NCBI GenBank assembly: GCA_963786955.1
Contig: CAWBAT010000005.1
Span: forward strand, 960,001 to 1,024,000
Direction of reading: 5' to 3'
Source: an uncultured Acidimicrobiia bacterium
GTDB lineage: Bacteria > Acidobacteriota > Terriglobia > Versatilivoradales > Versatilivoraceae
DNA: 64,000 nt
Shown here piece after piece: positions 22,257-33,247 of the stretch. Every line of letters starts with the position of its first letter. Positions within the stretch are counted from its first letter, which is position 1. Below the pieces are notes generated by a model, which ran no database searches, was not told the origin of the DNA, and saw only the letters and a program-made list of their open reading frames with translations. The translations under genes were made by a program, and so were the position numbers.

Positions 22257-25059
22257 ATGAGTTGGAATGAGATTTGCATTGGACCGTGCAGTCTAATCAA
22301 GACTTGTAGAGATTCTCTCTTCAGAAGCCTTTTCCTTTTCCCCTGCATCCTATTCTTATTTTCTTCTCTACAGGCCACCTCAGGTGCCCCCGCCGACAAA
22401 TATGCCGGCTTGACCATTGCTCTCATCGAATTCAGCTCAACTGATTCCATCAAAACCGATCATCTTTATAAGACCATTAACATTTCCGTGGGACAGGCAC
22501 TGAATTCCGGCGATATCCGCCACAGTATTGAGAATCTATACAAGACGAAAGAATTTTCCTACGTCGAGGTGGATGCTGAAATCCGTGAAGAGGGATTGGT
22601 CATCACCTTTAACCTCACCCCAAACTTCTTTTTTGCGGATTTTCGGATCTCCGGGGACCTCGTGATCAAACCAACGATCTCCAATCTGGTTCAGTTGCCC
22701 ATTGGCGAGATTTATTCACACAAGGCCGTGGAGGAGTTGTCCTCAAGCGTATTGAGGGCTTACCGGGATGCCGGTTACTACCGGGCCGCCGTTCACCCTG
22801 ATATTCAGTTCCTTCAAGAATCCCATTTGGTCAATGTTAACTACCGGGCGCAGGCCGGGCCACGTGCGACCATCGAGAAAATAGAAATCACCGGATCGCC
22901 CCAATTGGATGTGAAGGAAATTTTGGCCGTCATCAAGATGCGACCGGGGCGACCATACAGCGGAGAGATGCTGAGGAAGAATTTGGAACGGATTCGAAAG
23001 CTCTATATTAAGCGCGGGTTCTTGAATGCCAATATCCGGTTGGAGAGCATCCATTTCGAAGAGAAAACTAATACGGTTCAGATCACGATTTTGGTGGATT
23101 CCGGATCGTTTGTTTACATTGAACTGGCAGGCGGGAAGATTCCACGAAAGACGCTGCGTCAGCTCATCCCGATTTATGAGGAAGCCAGTATCGACCCGGA
23201 TCTGATCGAAGAGGGTCGCAGGAATATCGAGGATTTTTTCAAGCGCGAAGGGTACTTCGACGTCACGGTCGAGAGCGAATTCATTGAAGTCCCGAGTGAA
23301 AAAGCTTACCAGATTAATTACAAGATCGATCGGGGAAATCGCCAACGAGTCGTCTCAATCGCATTCCAGGGGGCCAATTATCTTGGACGAAACCAGCTCC
23401 TGGGGGCCTTGCAGACCCAACAGGGTTCGCTGACGGGTAAAGGAAGGTTTAGCCCGGAATTGGTGAAGCAGGATGCGGATCGAATTCGAGACCTTTATCT
23501 CCAGGAAGGGTTTGAACAGGTCGTTATCACCCCGTCCTTTGAAGATGACCCGTCGGGAGTCAATGTGACCATTACCTTTCAGGTGAATGAAGGCAAGCAA
23601 ACTCTCGTTTCCGAAATCCACGTCGCGGGCGATACCGTGATGTCCAAGGAAGAGTTGTTGAAGCGAACCAGCCTAAACCCCGGAATGCCTTACTCTCAAA
23701 AAAAACTCGATGAAGCCCGCCGATTGATCGAGTCGACGTATCTGGGGCTGGGGTATCCGGATGTGATGGTGGAATCCAAAGATTCAACGCATTTCTCCGG
23801 AAAGAGTTCAAATCGACTATATCGTGTTTGAAGGGGTAAGAATCCAGATTGGTGATATTTACGTGGTCGGAAATCGATTGACCAAGCGAAAAATAATCAC
23901 CCGCAGTATTCTCTTTCACGAAGGAGACCCGCTCAGCATTGAAAAAATGCTTACCAGTCAACAGAAGCTCTATGGCCTGGGAATTTTCGACCGGGTGGAG
24001 ATTGTTCCAGTCAACGTCAACCGGAGCGACGACTATCGTCCAGTCATCATCCGCGTTGAAGACTCCAGTCCGCTCGTTTTGGGATATGGTTTCGGGTATC
24101 AAACCAACGAGGGCCCTCGTGGGACTGTTGAAATTACACGCAAAAACCTTTTTGGTCTGGACCGATCCCTCAGTTTCAGGGTCCGGGCAAGCGTTCTGGA
24201 ACAGCGAGGACAGATCACCTACCGCGAGCCGCGCCTTTTCAATCATGACCTGGATTCCTCTGTGACCTTGTATGCCGAGAATGCCCCGGGCTACAACCTC
24301 CCTTTTAACACCGCGCGTGTGAACGCATCGATGCAAATTATGAAGCGATTCCATCGTGTCGACAACTTCTTCATTCGCTACAATTACGAAACCGTCAACC
24401 TTTCCGATGTTACCGTCAATCCGGCGGCCACAGGATTTGAAAACCTTGGCACGTTGCGACTTTCAACCTTCTCCACGGCGTGGCTCAGAGACACGCGGGA
24501 CGACCCGTTTGAACCTCAGAAGGGGACCTTTAACACGGTGAACTTCTCTGTGGCAGCCAAAGCTTATGGGTCGGAAGTGAATTTGGTCTCCGTGTTTGGT
24601 CAAACCCAGATGAATCGGCGAGTGTACAAGAAGACAGTTCTAGCCACTTCTTTTCGGCTGGGTCTGAAGGGGCCATTTGGCAGCACCCTCGACGTTCCGA
24701 TTTCTGAACGCTTTTTTGCCGGCGGTTCGACTACCTTAAGGGGGTTCGGTCTGGATCTGGCTGGGCCACTGGACCCGGCAACGGGGTCTCCTCTCGGAGG
24801 AAATGCTCTTTTCATCGCAAATTTCGAGCTGCGTATTCCTGTGGCGGGCAATTTCTCTGTGGCTCCGTTTTATGACGCCGGAAACGTTTTTGCAAGGATC
24901 CGGGATTTTAAGCTGGCAACGTTTAGCAACACTCTTGGAATCGGGTTACGGTACAAGACACCTTTTGGCCCGATCCGGGTTGATATCGGGCGGAATCTTG
25001 CCCCCCCGCCGGGGCAACCGTCGACCAAGGTTTTCTTTACTATCGGGAATCCCTTTTAA
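22257..25059 (+). CDS. Omp85 family (BamA/TamA-like) outer-membrane protein with multiple POTRA domains; frameshift near 23800
   Basis: Repeated POTRA-like units (YxxxGY/F motifs); barrel with ERFFAGGSTTLRGF, YKTPFGPIRVD and terminal FTIGNPF. Confidence 0.92.
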
Positions 25060-25151
25060 GTTGGGGTGTATCATAATATTCATATTCGTACGTTAGATTT
25101 TGAGCGCTGTATGGGTCTCCTATCCAAAAATAGAGAATTGAAAGAAATCCA

Positions 25152-25880
25152 ATGAGAGCGAAAAATGTCCACCGAGTGTTCCGAGTGTTTGGAATCCCAG
25201 GGTCCGGCTCGGTGGCAACAATTGTCCGAATTGTGTTCATTGGCTTGATGTTTTCCCTGAGCTCTCCTTTCATTGGTATCTGCGAGACGATTGATCGGAT
25301 TGTTGCGGTGGTCAATAATCAGATCATCACGTTGAGCGATCTCGAAGAAGAAGAAAAATTCTATCACTTGGATCATCGTCTCCAGTCTTCGAACCAAGAC
25401 AATCTAACTGAAGAAAAAGCTATCCAAAGAGAATTGATCGACAGAATGATTGAAAAACTATTACTGAGCGAGCAGATTGTGGGATTTCCCGGAAGCAAGA
25501 TAACAGATGAAGAAATTGAGGCTCAGCTCAATGCGTTACAAGAAAAATGGGGAGGGAAAGACCCATTGGATCAAATCCTGCTCGATTCGCATACCACACG
25601 GAAAGAATTGAAAGAGCACTTGCGATGGCAAATTCTGGTTTTGAAGCATGTTGACAGCCGGTTTCGTCAATTTGCCGTCATCGATCCCGCCGAAATTACA
25701 ACGTATTACCAAAAAACATTGATCCCAGAAATGGAACGCAAAGGAATTCAACAGTTTCCGCCACAGGCTGAGTTAGAGCCCAAAATACGAGAAATTCTGA
25801 CTGAAGAGAAAGTTAATCAAGCCATCGAAGAGTGGCTGGCTTCGCTGAAGGACACGGCTAACATTCATATTTTTGAGTAG
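25152..25880 (+). CDS. SurA N-terminal-domain chaperone (no PPIase domain)
   Basis: IDRIVAVVNNQIITLSDL and C-terminal WLASLKDTANIHI. Confidence 0.85.
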   Translation: MRAKNVHRVFRVFGIPGSGSVATIVRIVFIGLMFSLSSPFIGICETIDRIVAVVNNQIITLSDLEEEEKFYHLDHRLQSSNQDNLTEEKAIQRELIDRMIEKLLLSEQIVGFPGSKITDEEIEAQLNALQEKWGGKDPLDQILLDSHTTRKELKEHLRWQILVLKHVDSRFRQFAVIDPAEITTYYQKTLIPEMERKGIQQFPPQAELEPKIREILTEEKVNQAIEEWLASLKDTANIHIFE

Positions 25881-28800
25881 TTGGATGACAGAACTCTGGA
25901 TTCTATGAAATTTCGAAAACTATTGATTATTGCCCTACTCCTGTTGTTAGCCGGGTTATCACTTCTTTCGGCGTATTATTGGCTGAATCATGGCCCCATT
26001 GAAGAATCCCTGAGAAAGCAACTGGTTGCATCTCTGAACAAGTGGACCGGGGGCAAATCTTCTGTGGAAGCTTTGACCGTTCATTTTTTCCCTCCGCGCC
26101 TTCTCATTACCCATCTGCGAATAGACACTCAGGAGCTCTCTTCAGGTTCCCCGTTACTCTCGATTCCGGTGGTTGAGCTAAGGCCTCGATGGCGCAGCCT
26201 GTGGCTGTTTTCGTTCCAAATCCAGAGGTTGCGGATCGTCGAACCATCGATCCATCTGGGATTCGGACTGAACGACTCTACGAATCTACCCAACAGAAGG
26301 GCTACGCTAGATCCTTTTCTCCTGCAAATTCACCACCTCAGCATCGAGAACGGAAACATCCAAATCAACGAAAAGAACCTGGCATGGAATGTTGAGGTGG
26401 AAGGCGCGCATCTGTCCGCGGATCGGCCTATGACCCGGGAATCCTATCTTACTCAATTGGGTTACAGGAAAGGGACTGTGCGTTGGGGCAAGGTTACTTT
26501 GACCGGAGGGCTCGACCTTACCTGCGAATGGCTGCGCGACACCATCAAGCTGCAACGCCTCGTCCTGACAACCAACAACTCCGGGCTTGAAGCAGAAGGA
26601 GTTTTGGAAAATCTCGCGGCTCCCAGAGGGACGCTGATTTACCGCGGGCATTTGCAGGTGTCGGACATTCATCCTTTTGCACCACAATTACCCGATGTTC
26701 AGGGCGTATTGAATTTGCAAGGACAGTTTGAGTTCTCACCCGACAGTTGGCGGAGTGTAGGAAAGCTGGAAGGGCAGAAGCTCTCGATGAAACACTCGCA
26801 GGTGGACCGCCTCAGCTGTGACTTCGCTCTGAACTCGAAGCAATTTGATTTCCAGAAAATCCAGCTGGAAGGACTAAAAGGTCATGCCGCCGGAAGCGTG
26901 CGGGTAGACGATCCCTTCCATGCCCTCCTGTTCACTACTGACTTGACGCTGAACGGGATTGATTTATCTGGTCTTGCACAGGTCGCTGGCTTGTCAACCA
27001 TTACCCCTACCGGGCAAATTCAAGGGTCGCTGCGGGCAACTTGGCGGGGGCCAGGGAAAGATTTCAATGGAGAAGGGCATTTGAAAGTACTTCCGGGGCC
27101 AGATCACATCGACCGCCAGACCTCTTCTACTGCGGTTCTTCCGATCAGTGGGGACCTTAATTTTTCGGCCAATGACACAAGCCTGTTGTTCCACAACACA
27201 CAGCTGCAACTCAAACAAAGCAGGTTGAAGCTTGAGGGCAACATCTCTCCGGGTGGCGATTCTAGAGTAGGATTAGAATTCCACTCTGAAAATTTGGGTG
27301 AGTTTGCATTCCTAATACCTGATCTTCGGGGTGAGGCTTCTTTTGAAGGTTCAATCCATGGAAACAGGCAGGCCCCGCGACTTGAAGGACAATTTCTCCT
27401 TCGCCACCTCACATTTGGAAATTATCAGGCCGATGAAGTCAAGGGGGCACTTCAGGCGAATACCCTGGAAATCCAGTTAGACCATACAACATTGAACAAA
27501 GCTAATTCTCTTGCCAACCTGCAAGGCAGACTACCCCTCAACCCCTCGACGCGCTTACCCAATGGAGACATTGACCTGGAGGTTCATGCACAAGATAGCT
27601 TAGCGGAGGACCTGGTTGCCATGATCGGAAGGAGTTTTCCGATCAGCGGCCGGATCGGCGGAGAATTGCGGCTCAAAGGGAATTTCCGGCAGCCCCTTAT
27701 TGACGGACACCTCGTCTTATCGAAAGGCCAGTTTCTCCAGCAGCCTCTTGAAAAAGCCGACGTAACCATCGAATATCAAGATCCCGTCCTGAATGTGTCG
27801 TCATTCACCTTAAGAATCGGTTCCGGCCATCTGACCGGCACTGCCCAAATCAATCTCCAGGAGCAGACATTTCATTCAAGAATGACAGGATCGGATCTCC
27901 TTCTCGAACAGTTGCCCTGGGTTCACCCTGAAAAAACCAAAGTGAATGGAAGCTTGCAAGGAATTTCGCTCGAAGCCGAAGGCTCTTTCCGTCGTCCGGC
28001 ACTGAAAGGACAGTTTGAGCTAAGAACATTGACGGTGGCAGGTGAGAACGTTGGGGACTACCTTCTTCACGTCAATACCGCCAATCAAGTCTCGAGCTTT
28101 ACGATCGCATCGATGAATCCTGGGATCCAACTCAACGCGGACGGAACCGTCGAACTAAACGAGAGCCTGTCTCTTAAAGCCCAGCTTACGTTCAATAATC
28201 TAATCCTGACCCCTTATTTCATGAAGGTATTGCCCGTCGTTCCTGAAAAACTCAGCAGCCAGGCCGCCGGGCAGGTCACTGTTTCAGGTCCTCTCAGCAG
28301 ACCTGAGGAAATAACTGTTAATGGCTTGTTACAGTCTGTAAAAATCCAGTTCCGCGAAGCACAGCTCCAGTCGGCCAAACCTTTTGAGATCGCAGTATCT
28401 GGTGAAAAGGCAGCCATCCGAAATGCTGAGTTTACTGGAAAAGGGACTGTCCTGATATTGAACGGCTCAATCGATCTCGCGGGCAAAGGACAACTGAACC
28501 TGGCCATGAAGGGTGAGTTCAATCTGGCCCTTCTCAACGAATTTACCAAAAGCTTGACGGCATCGGGAAGCGGGACGGTAAATGCCCAGGTCCGCGGCAC
28601 GTTGCATGATCCGCGGATTCAAGGGCAGGGAAAACTAACCAATGCCCAGTTTGCATATGCCGGGTTTCCCAATTCTTTATCTCAAACTAACGGAACGATC
28701 TTCTTTGACGAAAATCAAATTCGAATCGAAAACATCACCGGGACCAGCGGAGGGGGGAAAATCACGACGACGGGGAGTTTGCTTTTTGGAGAAGAGAAAA

Positions 28801-29807
28801 TAAAGATGTTGAATCTTAAGATTCAGGGTCATGAAGTCAGAATCCGATACCCGGAAGGGATGAGAAACGTGGTCGATGCGGATTTGGCCCTTAGAGGTTC
28901 CCAACAATCCCAGGTGCTCTCCGGCAATATCCGGGTTCTCAGTGCTTCCTTCCAGAAAGGATATGACCCACTCACTCAATACTTGGAAAATCGCTCGAAG
29001 ACAGCCAATTGGCCTGGAGCAAAGGATTTCGGTAACGAGCTGCATCTCGATTTAACCGTCGGCGGCGACCGAAATATCAAGCTGGATACCCCGCTCCTTC
29101 GAACCTTGGCCCGTGCAGACTTGAAAGTCAAAGGCACGGCAGGCAGGCCGTTCGTAACAGGAAGTTTGGAGGCAAGTGAGGGAGAAGTCTTCTTCCAAGG
29201 CTTGCGTTACCGGTTAACCCGAGGGCGGGTAGAATTTCTTAATCCCGTCCGCATCGATCCTCGAATTGATCTGGAAGCGGAGGGTGACGTCCGCGATTAC
29301 CGGATTGTCTTAAACCTAAGCGGAACACTGGACAAACTCAGAGCCAATATCCGCTCGGATCCCCCACTGCCCACCGTTGATATTTTCAACTTGGTGGCGA
29401 CTGGAGGTTCGGCAAAATCAGGATTAACGAGCAGTTCCTATCGCCCCAATACGACCGGCGGTCTCCAGCAGGACAGTTCCTCAGGGGCCGCAGCTATTCT
29501 TTCGGAAGGGCTTTCGTTAAAAATGGGCTCGCGCGTCAAGCGAATCTTTGGACTGGATAGTTTTCGAGTTGATCCACTCCTCATCGGAAACGAGCGCGAC
29601 CCAACGACCCGAGTGACCATGGGTCAACAAGTTACGAAAAACCTGGCAATCACTTACTCCACCAACGTTTCCAACAACGAGCAACAGGTCATTTACATCG
29701 AATATTTTCTAAATGACTCTGCGACCGTGATCGGCTCTCGCGACATTGACGGAGCGTTTGGTCTGGACATCCGATTCCGCAAACGACTGCGCCAGAAGAA
29801 TCAATAA
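25881..29807 (+). CDS. tamB: TamB / AsmA-like translocation and assembly module protein
   Basis: N-terminal TM anchor, long beta-rich repeats (GxxxxPxLxG), DUF490-like C-terminus; start probably at ATG ~25905. Confidence 0.9.
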   Translation: MDDRTLDSMKFRKLLIIALLLLLAGLSLLSAYYWLNHGPIEESLRKQLVASLNKWTGGKSSVEALTVHFFPPRLLITHLRIDTQELSSGSPLLSIPVVELRPRWRSLWLFSFQIQRLRIVEPSIHLGFGLNDSTNLPNRRATLDPFLLQIHHLSIENGNIQINEKNLAWNVEVEGAHLSADRPMTRESYLTQLGYRKGTVRWGKVTLTGGLDLTCEWLRDTIKLQRLVLTTNNSGLEAEGVLENLAAPRGTLIYRGHLQVSDIHPFAPQLPDVQGVLNLQGQFEFSPDSWRSVGKLEGQKLSMKHSQVDRLSCDFALNSKQFDFQKIQLEGLKGHAAGSVRVDDPFHALLFTTDLTLNGIDLSGLAQVAGLSTITPTGQIQGSLRATWRGPGKDFNGEGHLKVLPGPDHIDRQTSSTAVLPISGDLNFSANDTSLLFHNTQLQLKQSRLKLEGNISPGGDSRVGLEFHSENLGEFAFLIPDLRGEASFEGSIHGNRQAPRLEGQFLLRHLTFGNYQADEVKGALQANTLEIQLDHTTLNKANSLANLQGRLPLNPSTRLPNGDIDLEVHAQDSLAEDLVAMIGRSFPISGRIGGELRLKGNFRQPLIDGHLVLSKGQFLQQPLEKADVTIEYQDPVLNVSSFTLRIGSGHLTGTAQINLQEQTFHSRMTGSDLLLEQLPWVHPEKTKVNGSLQGISLEAEGSFRRPALKGQFELRTLTVAGENVGDYLLHVNTANQVSSFTIASMNPGIQLNADGTVELNESLSLKAQLTFNNLILTPYFMKVLPVVPEKLSSQAAGQVTVSGPLSRPEEITVNGLLQSVKIQFREAQLQSAKPFEIAVSGEKAAIRNAEFTGKGTVLILNGSIDLAGKGQLNLAMKGEFNLALLNEFTKSLTASGSGTVNAQVRGTLHDPRIQGQGKLTNAQFAYAGFPNSLSQTNGTIFFDENQIRIENITGTSGGGKITTTGSLLFGEEKIKMLNLKIQGHEVRIRYPEGMRNVVDADLALRGSQQSQVLSGNIRVLSASFQKGYDPLTQYLENRSKTANWPGAKDFGNELHLDLTVGGDRNIKLDTPLLRTLARADLKVKGTAGRPFVTGSLEASEGEVFFQGLRYRLTRGRVEFLNPVRIDPRIDLEAEGDVRDYRIVLNLSGTLDKLRANIRSDPPLPTVDIFNLVATGGSAKSGLTSSSYRPNTTGGLQQDSSSGAAAILSEGLSLKMGSRVKRIFGLDSFRVDPLLIGNERDPTTRVTMGQQVTKNLAITYSTNVSNNEQQVIYIEYFLNDSATVIGSRDIDGAFGLDIRFRKRLRQKNQ

Positions 29808-29863
29808 GGGAAGCTCTTAAATCAATAACCGGTCCCTTTCAGCCCAAAGACATGAATAAATTC

Positions 29864-29895
29864 GTAGGCAGCGTCGGGGAGGGCACGCGGCCTAC
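29864..29895. repeat. REP-like GTAG palindrome
   Basis: GTAGGC-AGCGTCGGGGAGGGCACGCG-GCCTAC between convergent genes. Confidence 0.55.
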
Positions 29896-30049
29896 AATAT
29901 TTTCAAAGGGGTAGTTTGGGTGTTGCCCCGCCAGGTTCTCTGATCCAGTGTGAACTTTCTCACCTTTCCCCATTTGACGGTTTCTACCGATCATGTCCAA
30001 TGTTTGGGGAAGAGAAGCCGCGCCTGAACGATTTTTTCCCAACTATGCT

Positions 30050-30478
30050 CTACAGCAGGCAATCCTGTATTCCTGGAATGGTTTCTGGGGTGGTTTTATT
30101 GGGTGGTGAAACGGGTCCCTTCATTTCCTGACTTCCGAGCGCCTGTTGACCCAAGTAATTCAAAAGTTTCTGAAACGACCCATCAAAATAGAAATCGACG
30201 AGCTGCTTGACCGCTACTTTTCGGGATTCCTCCAATTCCAGAGCCGGAGCATAAAGGTAAGCCTTCCCCTTTTTTATCCGCGTTACAGCTCCTTTCTGGG
30301 CTAGCCTGTCCAGGATAGTCATGACCGTGGTATACGCCAACGGGCGAAAGGGAGCTAGGAACTCTTGAACAGCGTGAACCGTCAAGGCGTTCCCCAACCA
30401 GATAGCTCGCAGACATTCCAATTCGAGCCGGCTCAAGTCCTGGGGTCCCCGGCACGAGCGAGGCGGGTGCGGATCCAT
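30050..30478 (-). CDS. BlaI/MecI/CopY family transcriptional regulator
   Basis: LSRLELECLRAIW, LAYTTVMTILDRLAQKGAVTR, GKAYLY, FDGS. Confidence 0.92.
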   Translation of the reverse strand: MDPHPPRSCRGPQDLSRLELECLRAIWLGNALTVHAVQEFLAPFRPLAYTTVMTILDRLAQKGAVTRIKKGKAYLYAPALELEESRKVAVKQLVDFYFDGSFQKLLNYLGQQALGSQEMKGPVSPPNKTTPETIPGIQDCLL

Positions 30479-30491
30479 GACGGGACTTTCT

Positions 30492-31472
30492 TCAATCTTT
30501 TTTGCTATCGCTTTTGGCATTTCTTGGATACCTCTTAAACAATGGCCTCCCGAACATGTGATTGTAACCTGTCCAATCCCCTTCAATATTAGGATCGCTT
30601 TTGAGAACCATCTTCATTCCTTCCAGCTTACTGTCCAAGTTGTCCAGGCAGTGCAACACGAGGGCCTCCGGGAACATGGGTAACTTGGGACTCCCAAACT
30701 CGTACTCCCCATGATGAGAAATAATCATGTGCTGGATGAGCATCTTGAGTTCGGGTGGAAATTCCTCGATCTGGGCAATCTTTTGGTTTACCAGCTCCAG
30801 CTCCAAAACCATGTGTCCAAGAAGCTGCCCTTCGTTGGTATAGCTGAAACTCCTCGCATAACTCAGCTCCTGAGTCTTTCCGATGTCATGGAGAACCGCC
30901 CCGGTCAGGAGGAGGTCGAAATCCAGTTCCACGTAGTGCTGACTGATTAGGCGGCAGAGCTTGCATAAGGAAAGAGTATGTTCCAGTAAGCCTCCCAACC
31001 AGGCGTGATGCAAAGATTTGGCTGCCGGCGCCTGTTTGAAGCGGGTGGAAAAGTCATCATCGAGTAAAATGGCCATCAGCAAATCGTGCAAGTGGGGGTT
31101 TTCAAGACCATCGGCCATCCCGACGAGTTCCTCAAACATAGCCTCGACATCTTTGCTGGTCCTCGGAAAGTAATCCGCGAAATCAACCTCATCATCCTGA
31201 CAACGACGCAATTTGTGAACCGTGAGCTGAGTCTTGTTTCGATAGACCTGAACAAGCCCTTTGACTTTGACAAAATCATCCCGGCCGAACGTCTCTTCGA
31301 CTTCTTCCACGTTGTCCCACATTTTGGCATCCAAGTCTCCGCTCTTGTCTGCCAAGGTCAGGGACAGATAGGACTCTCCCGTTTTCTTGGATTTCACTTC
31401 TTTTGATTTGACCAGGAATATTGCGGTAATGGCTTGGTTCGCCTGAAGATCCGCAACAAAAATATCTTTCAT
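30492..31472 (-). CDS. yhaM: OB-fold + HD-domain 3'-5' exoribonuclease (YhaM/Cbf1 family)
   Basis: YLSLTLADKSG, APAAKSLHHAWLGGLLEH, LHDIGK, HMIISHHG, GSPKLP. Confidence 0.9.
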   Translation of the reverse strand: MKDIFVADLQANQAITAIFLVKSKEVKSKKTGESYLSLTLADKSGDLDAKMWDNVEEVEETFGRDDFVKVKGLVQVYRNKTQLTVHKLRRCQDDEVDFADYFPRTSKDVEAMFEELVGMADGLENPHLHDLLMAILLDDDFSTRFKQAPAAKSLHHAWLGGLLEHTLSLCKLCRLISQHYVELDFDLLLTGAVLHDIGKTQELSYARSFSYTNEGQLLGHMVLELELVNQKIAQIEEFPPELKMLIQHMIISHHGEYEFGSPKLPMFPEALVLHCLDNLDSKLEGMKMVLKSDPNIEGDWTGYNHMFGRPLFKRYPRNAKSDSKKD

Positions 31473-31520
31473 GAAAGCCCTCGGATCATTCGCCCTCTTG
31501 ATCCCTTTCATCTAAGGTTC

Positions 31521-33218
31521 TTACCTCTCGAAAGTGTCCGAGAAGGAATTTCGATCAAAGATGATGTAATTGAACAACACCTGACCAGAAACCGAAATTG
31601 GTTCTGATCCTGATGTTGTGGGGCTTATTGTAGCGAGCTTTTGGTTCGACGGCGAAAGAATCTCAATTTTAATTTGAGTAATCGTTTTCCCCTTGTCCCA
31701 ATTTTTCGATTCCGTCAGGTCAACCCGCTCGCGGGTCCATTGATCACTCTTCTTCAGGCTTGCGCTCTGGCTGTGAGTTTCATCAAATTCGGTCATCTCG
31801 TCGTAACGCCAATAAATTTTTGCTTTGATGTCGCTCTCGGTAGCCTGGTATTTCAGGATCAAACTATCAAAGTACCGGCTGGGAGCCTTGAATGCCGGAC
31901 TGGAAAAAACAAAATTCTGAGCAACCGGGATTTGCATTCCCTCGATCAGCTTGTCTTGGGGGAAGGAGGGTAACAACGATGCGGCGACGGTCTTATCCCA
32001 ATCCCAACGCTCAAAATCAGCTTTCCCGCCCCATTCCAGCAGCACCGTTTCCGTCATAAAAAGCTGCTTGGCCTGATCCCCAATCTTTTTAGAAGAAAGT
32101 CCCCCGGAAAGCAGCACTTTAGCCACTCCAAACAGCGTGGCAGCGGCCGCTTCTTTCACGGTCTTACTCTCTGTGCTCTCTTCACAGGTAACGCCTGGAG
32201 TACTTCTAGTTGGCGCAAACTGCAAATAGGGATTGTAGAGGTAATTTCCTTCAAGACCCTGGACCCGTACCTGCTGAGGGTAAGCAAAGAGAGGATCACG
32301 GAACCAGTCGCCTTTCTTGATAAGACCATCATCGGCCTGATCCCAACCCCATGGGGGTTTTGCCGAGCAGCTTCCAATAGGACCGTTGAACGAACAACCG
32401 ATGGAAGCATTTTGTCCGTTTGGCATAGCATAGGAATCGGTACAGCAGTAAAGAGAGGAATTGCCTACTTCATTTCGTTTTGCCCATAAAGTCTCTTCAA
32501 TGCTGATCAATTCATAACTGACGTCGGGGTCTTTATTGCTCTGAGGCGACTCTGCCCCTCTCCCACGGAAGCGATAGATCATCCCGGGGTGCTGGAAGTT
32601 GCTTTCAGTAACCTGTTCGGGTGCTGCTTTCACGCCATGCCCTTCCGGCTCGATATAGAGAGCGGGCTGAAAATGATGCGTTTCGTCTTCCTGCTTCAAA
32701 AATACAATAGACCCATCAACAGGGGCATTGTTTGCATTGACTCGTCGATAGTGAGGATTTTCGTATATATAGAAATGGTCGTGGGCGAGGGTTTCCATCA
32801 GCACGGGTTTTCCCCATCGTGTCCGATCTTTCTCTATCGTTAAAGTGCACCCTTCCATATCATTTTCATGCTCGGTCTTCGGTGCAAAACCTTCCAAGGG
32901 GCGGGCTGTATAGTCCCTCACATGATAAAACGCATAGGTTATGAAAAAATGCTTCGTCGATTCAATGACGGCGTAATACACATAGCCTGGAAGATCATAA
33001 AGGTAAGCATTTCTCCAATTGTTGGCCCCGTTCCAGTCACCGTCGAAGTCAAACCGGGTGACTGAATCCAGAACCACAGAGTGCGCTTCCTGATAGATCA
33101 CGGGAGCATAGTGTTCAGCCAGTGCACGGTACTCTGCTTTTCCCATGGCGAGCAGTGAAGAATAGCTCGTCATGAGCATTAGAAAAAGAAGAGCTTTTGC
33201 GGGTATCCGGTTGATCAT
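31521..33218 (-). CDS. secreted hypothetical protein: N-terminal HxxDxE (NPP1/Vps62-like) domain plus C-terminal CBM-like jelly roll
   Basis: Signal peptide; LAEHYAPVIYQ, DFDGDWNGANNW, YYAVIES, YAFYHVRDY, HENDMEG; C-terminal KIYW...FDE..S...W....VDL....W....ITQIKI. Confidence 0.8.
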   Translation of the reverse strand: MINRIPAKALLFLMLMTSYSSLLAMGKAEYRALAEHYAPVIYQEAHSVVLDSVTRFDFDGDWNGANNWRNAYLYDLPGYVYYAVIESTKHFFITYAFYHVRDYTARPLEGFAPKTEHENDMEGCTLTIEKDRTRWGKPVLMETLAHDHFYIYENPHYRRVNANNAPVDGSIVFLKQEDETHHFQPALYIEPEGHGVKAAPEQVTESNFQHPGMIYRFRGRGAESPQSNKDPDVSYELISIEETLWAKRNEVGNSSLYCCTDSYAMPNGQNASIGCSFNGPIGSCSAKPPWGWDQADDGLIKKGDWFRDPLFAYPQQVRVQGLEGNYLYNPYLQFAPTRSTPGVTCEESTESKTVKEAAAATLFGVAKVLLSGGLSSKKIGDQAKQLFMTETVLLEWGGKADFERWDWDKTVAASLLPSFPQDKLIEGMQIPVAQNFVFSSPAFKAPSRYFDSLILKYQATESDIKAKIYWRYDEMTEFDETHSQSASLKKSDQWTRERVDLTESKNWDKGKTITQIKIEILSPSNQKLATISPTTSGSEPISVSGQVLFNYIIFDRNSFSDTFER

Positions 33219-33247
33219 TTATTCTGTTTGTAGGCGGACTGGGGGGA

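Noticed and set aside
23572-24354. Long antisense ORFs (for example 22743-23345, 23572-24354, 33291-33920, 59802-60455)
   Set aside because: They lie fully opposite well-supported genes and have no recognisable motifs.
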